Source: the human T2T-CHM13v2.0 reference genome, Homo sapiens. Taken from it: a stretch of DNA of 64,000 bases. The notes below the pieces were generated by a model. The model saw nothing but the letters and a program-made list of their open reading frames with translations. It searched no databases and had not been told where the DNA came from. The translations under genes and the position numbers were made by a program. The stretch lies in assembly GCF_009914755.1 (NCBI RefSeq), contig NC_060935.1, one strand, 5' to 3'. Below, piece after piece: positions 55,710 to 64,000 of the stretch. Position 1 is the stretch's first letter, and every line of letters starts with the position of its first letter.

Positions 55710-56876
55710 CTTGATTTTTTTTTTTATGGCAGACGTAGTGGTTCATTGGTATTAAATGCACAAACAAAACAGTTAAATTATGAGAGCCCTCAATGTTAGA
55801 AGAAGGAATAAATATAAATTATTTTAAAATAGCATTTTCTTATAAAAGCCAACTAAAAAATTAGAGACTTCAGACATCATAGAGGTATACATTAACAAGA
55901 ATAGCTATTATGGGGAAAATAATGAAGACAAAGTCAAATTTATCAACAAAAACACAATTTTTACATATTATTTTTCTTTCTTCTTTCCATGTTTTAATAA
56001 ACTGTAAATGTGAAATTTGATGACTTACTAATTTAAAAATGTTATTCATCTGGGTAAGACTGTATGTGACAACTTTACTGACCATAGTATCAATTTGGGG
56101 CAACTGTAACCTCTCAAATGTCCCATTCTGGCAAACTCAGGTGAGTAAGCAGAAATAAATATAAGGATGAGTAGATTTCTATCCTTATTTTAACTAAAAA
56201 TCCTGCCTATTACTTTATTTTTAAACTGCCACTAACATGTTTAAATGATAATTGCATCTCCTCAATGAGCACAGTTCCTTATTATTGGAATTGGCAGGGG
56301 GCCTTGACATTTGAGTCATCATTTCATTATGTCTATTTCTTACCCTGGTATACAAATTAAATAGAAATAGAAGCCAAATGAAATATAAGGGGAAAAAACC
56401 TGAAGCAGTCATTTTAAAATGAATTAATTTTTCCCAAATCGATAAAATATATAAAGCAACAACATTGATAATAATATATTCTAGTTCAGAAATATTTCCA
56501 AAAACACCAACTTCAATTCTAAAGGCCAAAAATGCTTCAAATTCTCCTAGCCAAATATTGTGCTTCTGTAAAACAGAACTGATAGTTTTGATATTCCCTA
56601 AATTAAAGAGAAAGAATAACTCGTTTTAAAGCATCTACAAATGTGAACAAAAATACACATTTAACAAGTTTCTTCCATTCTAAAGGACTTCAAAATGGGT
56701 AGCAATTATTAAACATACATATAATATACATATGTGACAATTTGTATTTAAAACATCATATGATCAAATAATACTAATTCATTCAGACTAAAATATCCAA
56801 ATGTGCCAAACTGGAATCCAGGTCTATCCTTAGATATTTTCAAATCACTGAACTTGTATGATAAAAACATTATTAA

Positions 56877-57260
<384 letters not shown>

Positions 57261-58455
57261 TAAAAAACTTTCCATTGAACTTCAAAATTATAAAAATCAT
57301 CAATCATGAAACTAATGCTGTATAAAATCCTCAAAAACAAGTTAAGCGCTGCTTTCAGAGGGCTATTTCCTCATTTATTTATTATTATTCCAGAATATGT
57401 ATATTTTCACTGAGTCTTTAATTACTTCTACAACTCTTCTTTCCTTTAGCCCAGAGCAACCTGTCATTTCTAATAGCTAATAGCTTCCCTCAAATGCTTG
57501 GAAACAGGCTAAATAGCCTAAAAGAACTTTATTTACCCTAGTACAAAATGTTGAAAAGACACTCTACTGGAAACTGAATGGAACTATACAAATTTCTGTC
57601 CTGGAAATTAATGTTGTTTTTCCGTTTAATCACTGAAAGCATATTACTAAACATAAAAAATCATGGTTTATTTTTCTTTACATTTTATTATCTATTTTAA
57701 TGTTGACTTTTTAAAATATTTTACCTTAGGGACAAAATGTTCATTTAAACCCAAATATTTTAAGATTTATTTCTGGTGTCTTTTCATCAATTATTTATAA
57801 TTTATAATCCAGATTTCCCAAAGGGGATTCAAAGAAATCCACAAAAAATTTCCTAGTCTTCACTTTATTCTCTCAACTAGAGATCATGTTCTAAAGCAAT
57901 GAATCTCTATTTTAATACTAAAATTTAAACAGAAGTCTCGAGATAGTCAATTCTCAGCTTTTGGGGAATACATTATTCTGCATATTAAGACAAAAATAGG
58001 ATGTAAACCAGATGTTCCCAGATTATGAAATTTAGAAAAGAACATATTCAAAGTGAAGGTAACTTTTAGCATATGTATTTAAAGATATTGCAGTCACGCC
58101 CCACAATATTGAAATGCTATATTTCTCATAGTTTGACTACATTCAGTGGAAATATTCATGTGTTTATATTATCAGGTTTTTAGTGAGTTCTATCATTTTT
58201 GTAATTGCTATAGCTAGTATTAATAAATGTCTTCTTTTTATATGCTGAAATAAATTAATGGAGGAGGCAGACACTATGCAAAATGGCTGGGAATGAGGCC
58301 AAATCTTTTTACATACATCCAGGGACCAGTAATCTTCTAAATGGCACTTTAAGCTCTCTTGCCTAAATAATTACAAGTACAGCCACCATGTAATTTACTG
58401 AAATAATTATCCACTCTTCTAGTTCCCATCACCATCTCAAGTCCATAGCACTTAC

Positions 58456-59174
58456 CTTGTCTTTATTTTCAGAGCCAGAAGCCTCAGGCTTGGTTCTAAT
58501 CACAAACGGGGTAGACAGTCGCAGCAGGACCCTTTCAAAGGTGGCATTAACCTTTGGAGATACAATCTCGAAGCAGTCCTCAAACTTGAGCACTTTGTGA
58601 GTGTCACATCGAAGCTGCTTCCTTAGACCTTCCCCCAACTGAAGGACTGACATGCTGGGATCAAACATCAAGTGGAAAGGGAAGGCTCTACAGAAGGTGT
58701 TGATGCTAATTCTGAGGTCCGCAGGAACTTGGGAGGTTCCCTGTGGAAGGTTCTTCATGATATTAGTATTTTCACATTCTTTGATAAGGAAAGTAAGACA
58801 GCTACAATTGCCTGGGTTTGAAACATCAGAGCATAGCTTCTCATTTGCAACCTGTTCCACTTCCACATCCAGCCGATAGATCTTCTTTCCTGCAGCCTTA
58901 ATCATCCCCAGCATTGCAAACCCCACAATATGGTGAGGGTGGAAGTAGTGGAGCATGAGAGTACCTTCAGGGAGCTCTTTGCATAGGAAAGATGGTGACT
59001 CCAGAGTGGCCTGTTTTCCAAAAGAAGTTCTAATGTGTTCCAACAAAGCATCAAAGCCGTTAAAAAAGTCCTGCAAAGTGCCACCTACAGCTCGAAGGAC
59101 TCTCTCATTCTCATGAAAGCATATATTAAAGAACTCTTCACCAAATCTTTTTTGAATTTCCTCAAACTTCAAAC
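58456..59174 (-). CDS. GUCY1A2: Internal coding exon of soluble guanylate cyclase subunit alpha-2 (719 nt, phase 1 to phase 0; pseudo-H-NOX C-terminal part plus PAS/H-NOBA region)
   Basis: Translation LKFEEIQKRFGEEFFNICFHENERVLRAVGGTLQDFFNGFDALLEHI...SINTFCRAFPFHLMFD...KPEASGSENKDK is recognisable sGC alpha-2. Minus-strand acceptor ...ctctag|GTTTGAAG (AG at 59176-59175) and consensus donor GACAAG|gtaagt (GT at 58455-58454). Confidence 0.97.
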
Positions 59175-59399
59175 CTAGAGGTAAATGGGAAGCAAATGTT
59201 AGTGAAGTCTAATATAAATAATTGAATTTATAGCTTTTTAAGTGCTTATCAAAAGAGTAACTACTGAATAAAGTAACAAAGGTTATTTCTCTTAGATCCA
59301 CAAATTTCCACATAGGTTAATTCACTCATCTTGAATCAGAAAATATAAATTTCAGTTCATCTTCAGGATGCCTCTAAAATGTTAATGAACATGAACCTT

Positions 59400-59750
59400 T
59401 TTGTTTGTTTTTAAATAGACTACATATTTTTAGACCAGTTTTAGAGTCACAGCAAAATTGAGCAGAAGGCACAGTTATTTCCCATATCTCTCTGCCCCGA
59501 CACATGCACAGCCTGCCCCATTATCATATCTCCCACCAGAGTGGTACATTTATTACAATCCATGAACCTACATGATGCATTATTATCATCCAAATTCCAT
59601 GGTTTACATTAAGGCTCACTCTTAATATTGTATATTCTGTGGGCTTAAACAAATGTATAATGATATGTATACACTTATCATATCACTTAGAGCATTTTCA
59701 CTGCCCTAAAAATCCTGTTTATCCCTTCCTTCCCCCTAACTCCCAGAGCA
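59400..59750 (-). mobile_element. L1MC 3' end
   Basis: Reverse-complement similar to 17790-18070 (cacagcaaaattgag, ccaccagagtggtacattt, ggtttacatta). Confidence 0.85.
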
Positions 59751-62700
59751 TCAGCTTTTTAAATGTTGCTAATCTAGCTGTTCACCTTTCAATAGCCTTG
59801 CAGTAGTTATCATAAATAATATATTTTTCTTTTTCTTAATGATTTCCCCATTCTTCACAGAATATCCAAGTTGCCTACATATTATGTCCATATTACATCC
59901 ATATTATCATCTTACTTCTTATCGAAATGCATGTATTAAGTGGAAAATATAAACCAGAAAAGAAATCTATGGCACATGAATGGGGATAGGCATCAAGCTA
60001 TCTGGTGGAAACAAAAGGCTTACATTAGCAATCTCAGGGAAAGACATGCAGGTCAGCTAGACCTCAGGGAAAAGGAGAAAAAACAAGAAAATAATAATGA
60101 CAGAACTCTGGAATGATTTACATTCTTTCACCCACAAAAGTAAGGGCAGCCAAGCATGGAGGAGGAATCTGATGAGATAGAATTAAAGGTTATTGTTAAG
60201 TTTTCTCCATATATAATCACTCCCTGATGCCCTGGCAAAAGAGTTCCACCTTATAGTGCTGGATATTACAATGAAAAATAAATAAGTGTGCACAATGTAT
60301 TCTATCGTAATAAGAAGCAGGATCACATGTGATCACAAGATCCCCCCCTTGAGGATGATCTGAGGAAAAATGAGGGAATTTATGTGCCAAAGAGGACTAT
60401 AACACATACAAAAGATTTTGGCCTGCATATTAAAGACAGCTTCTACCTAAACTCTATTGCTTCTCCTTTGACATTGGTTGAAATCAATACATGTAGTTTA
60501 CATATTCATATTTTCTTGCCCCATTTCCATCATCTCATTTGAAGTCCTGCAAATCAGGCAGGACTGGGAAAAGAAGGTCACTTTGCTAGCGCCCCATTAG
60601 AGTGCAGAGCAATCTAGGCTGTCTACAGCTTAGCTGCTTTCCTACCTTTATCATTCCCTGAGTGTTCCTCCCAGCCAGAAGTGAGGCAAATGAACAGAGT
60701 GAATAATATTGTTTTTAAAATAGTCAAAGCACATCTAATATTCTTTAAGAGCTTACTATAGAGTCTAAAACTTCTGGTAGCCAAGAAGTCAGTTTGACAA
60801 AGAACTTCTTAAAATCAATGTGATAGGAAAATGAGTAGAAAACCTAAGTGAGAAACAGTCCCTTTATTAATAAGCATTTCATATTCATTTTGGTTTCATG
60901 GATTGGATGCTCAAGACTTGTTGAGAAAGTCACTTATTAAGATAAAAATATCACCACTCATGTCACATTGCCAGGTTACAAGACTGCTCTTCAACATGTG
61001 TTGCATTCACTAACAATAATGTCAGCCAGAATAGACAATAATAGTACTTATCTGTCCAGTTCTCTAGTGTAGAAGAGAAAACAAAGATAGACAATATTCA
61101 CTGCCATTAGTCTCCTGTTCCAACTGCTCTGTTGAAACTGCTTTCATAAATACTTAAATCAATACATACTGTTTTGTCCTTATCTTACTTAACCTTGTTT
61201 GCTGTTTTTCCTTTAATTTGACACTATTAATCATCCCTTCCTCCTAAAACTCTCATCTCTTTTGGCTTATCAAACCATACTCTCCTGGTTTGATTACTCT
61301 GCATGAACATTAATTCTCACTTCCTTCACTAAAACTTCTTTCTATGCCAAATCCTTACATCACCATCACTATGTTATAACTAGAAAACTCTAAGATACAA
61401 GTTAAATTTATATACACATTCAATGACAGTCCTTTGTTGCTATGAAATCTTCCAGTTATGAAATTCTTATTAAAAACTAAATACAGAATAAATAAAAATT
61501 CCTATAAACTGACCATATATGCTGAACTACAATATTCCGTGTCACTGAAAATATTCCATGGATTGCTTCTAAACTTTGAAGAACTGTATTTTCAAAAGAC
61601 TTCAGGTCCATGTGCATTGAAGAGAAAAAGAGAAGTTCTTCTAACTTGCATTTCTCATAACATTGAAAAGGTCCTCACAGTTATGGTGCACACAAATGTA
61701 AAGACAATACAGTGTAAGCTTATGTTCTGTGCCTAATGCCAGGATCCCAAAGAATCATCCAGAAAATAAGAAGTTCACCATAGGCAACAAACTAAAAACT
61801 ACTCTATGCGCAGCAATCTATCAACTAGAAAGCCTGCTGCTTTATAAAGGACCTCTGTACTTTAAGGTACAATATTGTTAATTTTCAAATGATGATGCTA
61901 AGGAATACCAGATGCTAAAGTGACTGTTGTATTACTAAAAAAAAATGAATTTTTTTGAATATTACATTAAAATATTATGAATGGCAATTCTATATAAACC
62001 CATAATATTCAATTAACTAATAAAGATTTTTATTCCCAGAACTGTTAAACTGCACAAGATCAGAAAAGAAAAAAGTTATTAGATTTGAAAATATTAAAAC
62101 TAAGAAAAGATTACTTCAACTTTTACAAATATACAAGTCAATAGCCAAGACTTTGATTTTAAACTTTAATCTCAAAATTCAGAAAGCACAGACAAAGTAA
62201 TTCAATTCAGACAACTGATGCAATTCTGACTCCCAAAGTTCCGCCTACGATTGACGCAAACCCCCTACTTACAGTAAATCATTTGAAACATATAGACAAT
62301 GCTAATCTCCTCACATCACAAGATTCTATGACAGCTTGACATCTGGGTCTATAAGAATACATTTCCTCAAGTGGCAAAATTTATAACAAAGCTGCTCTTA
62401 TTAATGGGTAAGTTAAGTTAGAATTTTTAACTACTGTTAATTCACCTCTTTAAAAAGGTGAATAGCATAAATGCTGGCATCCTTTAGCTGTAAATGAAAT
62501 ACGATCTGTTCCTTCATGATCTGGCCCTGTTGTCTCTCATCTGCTATCCCACCCCACCTCAGATGGCATTTCTCGAGGACAAGGACCTTGCCCTATTTAT
62601 GTCTGCGTATCTATCACTGGCATAATGCCTGACACCTGGAGAATAAGCATTGTTTCATAGAAATTAAGCATTCATCTAAGTATTTGTTTGGTGAATATTA

Positions 62701-62917
62701 CTAACCTTTTAAGGTTGCACTTGTGCCACATCTAAGGATATGAAAACAAAAAGACACATGACTTTCTCTCATGGGCCCCTACAAAACAGTAAATTACATT
62801 ATGGTTGGGCTACAACAGGGGTACACAGGAGTACCCACGGAAGTAGAAGAAAAACAGTATCTGCCTCTCCTCAGAGAGACAATGTTTGAAGGGAGACTTA
62901 AATAAAAAAACAGGTTA

Positions 62918-63451
<534 letters not shown>

Positions 63452-63509
63452 ACTGAAAATTACTGTAGAAGAGTGTAAATGTCAGGAAGCATTCACTGGG
63501 GAGCCATCT

Positions 63510-63660
63510 TTGGGAGGAGAAAGAAGATCACAAAAAATAACTGAACGGTACCAGGTTTAATATCTGAGTGGCGAAATAATCTGAACACCAAACCCCCATG
63601 ACACAAGGTTACCTATATAACAAACCTGCACATGTACCCCTGAATTTAAAATAAAATTTT
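63510..63660 (+). mobile_element. L1PA13-15-like 3'UTR fragment
   Basis: 'gaaataatctgaacaccaaacccccatgacacaaggttacctatataacaaacctgcacatgtacccctgaa'. Confidence 0.85.
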
Positions 63661-64000
63661 TTAATCTGTGAATTTATGTTTTAAAACATACATCAGAAAT
63701 AAATTTTAACAATGAGAAATGTGGTATAATGAAGATGAAGCCAACCCCCATGTGAGTACTCTGAAACGAATTTTTTCACCTAATAACCACATCTAACAAG
63801 TGCAGTATCATAAACATACACTACAAAACTATCAGTGTTACTCCTTCCTTTCAAATCACAAAGCACATGTCCGTGTCTTTCTTATAAAATAGCAGATAGT
63901 CCCTTGTAGTATTTTTTCTGTGATCCTTCTATTTTCCATAAACATATTTAGAGGAACAACCTCTAAAAACACTATAATGTAGAATGAGAAAAAAGAAACC

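Noticed and set aside
58429-59172. 247-aa ORF as a stand-alone gene
   Set aside because: Its start is a TTG (Leu) just inside a splice acceptor and its end runs past a consensus donor; it is an internal GUCY1A2 exon.

Overview
Primate DNA, most likely human, AT-rich and repeat-dense. The window lies inside the minus-strand gene GUCY1A2 (soluble guanylate cyclase alpha-2). It holds one large constitutive coding exon (58456-59174, 719 nt, pseudo-H-NOX into the PAS/H-NOBA region; from memory probably exon 4). A 63-nt in-frame cassette exon candidate lies 2.7 kb downstream (55647-55709). Everything else is intron filled with L1 (L1PA, L1M), Alu, L2/MIR, MaLR/ERV1 LTRs and Tigger/MER2 DNA-transposon fossils, and most of the longer or recognisable ORF-track entries are fragments of these. 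I see no evidence of a new multi-gene system. The best second-look items are: (i) the cassette exon, whose acceptor has an A-tract in place of a polypyrimidine tract, with a recursive-splice-like CAG|GTAAG motif nearby and inverted Alus around it; (ii) a 98-bp spacerless near-perfect palindrome at 45904-46001; (iii) several local templated-duplication and fold-back scars (2685-4324, 38159-38259, 39837-41778, 20964-20992). Repeat subfamily names come from recalled consensus sequences, and boundaries of old repeats are approximate.
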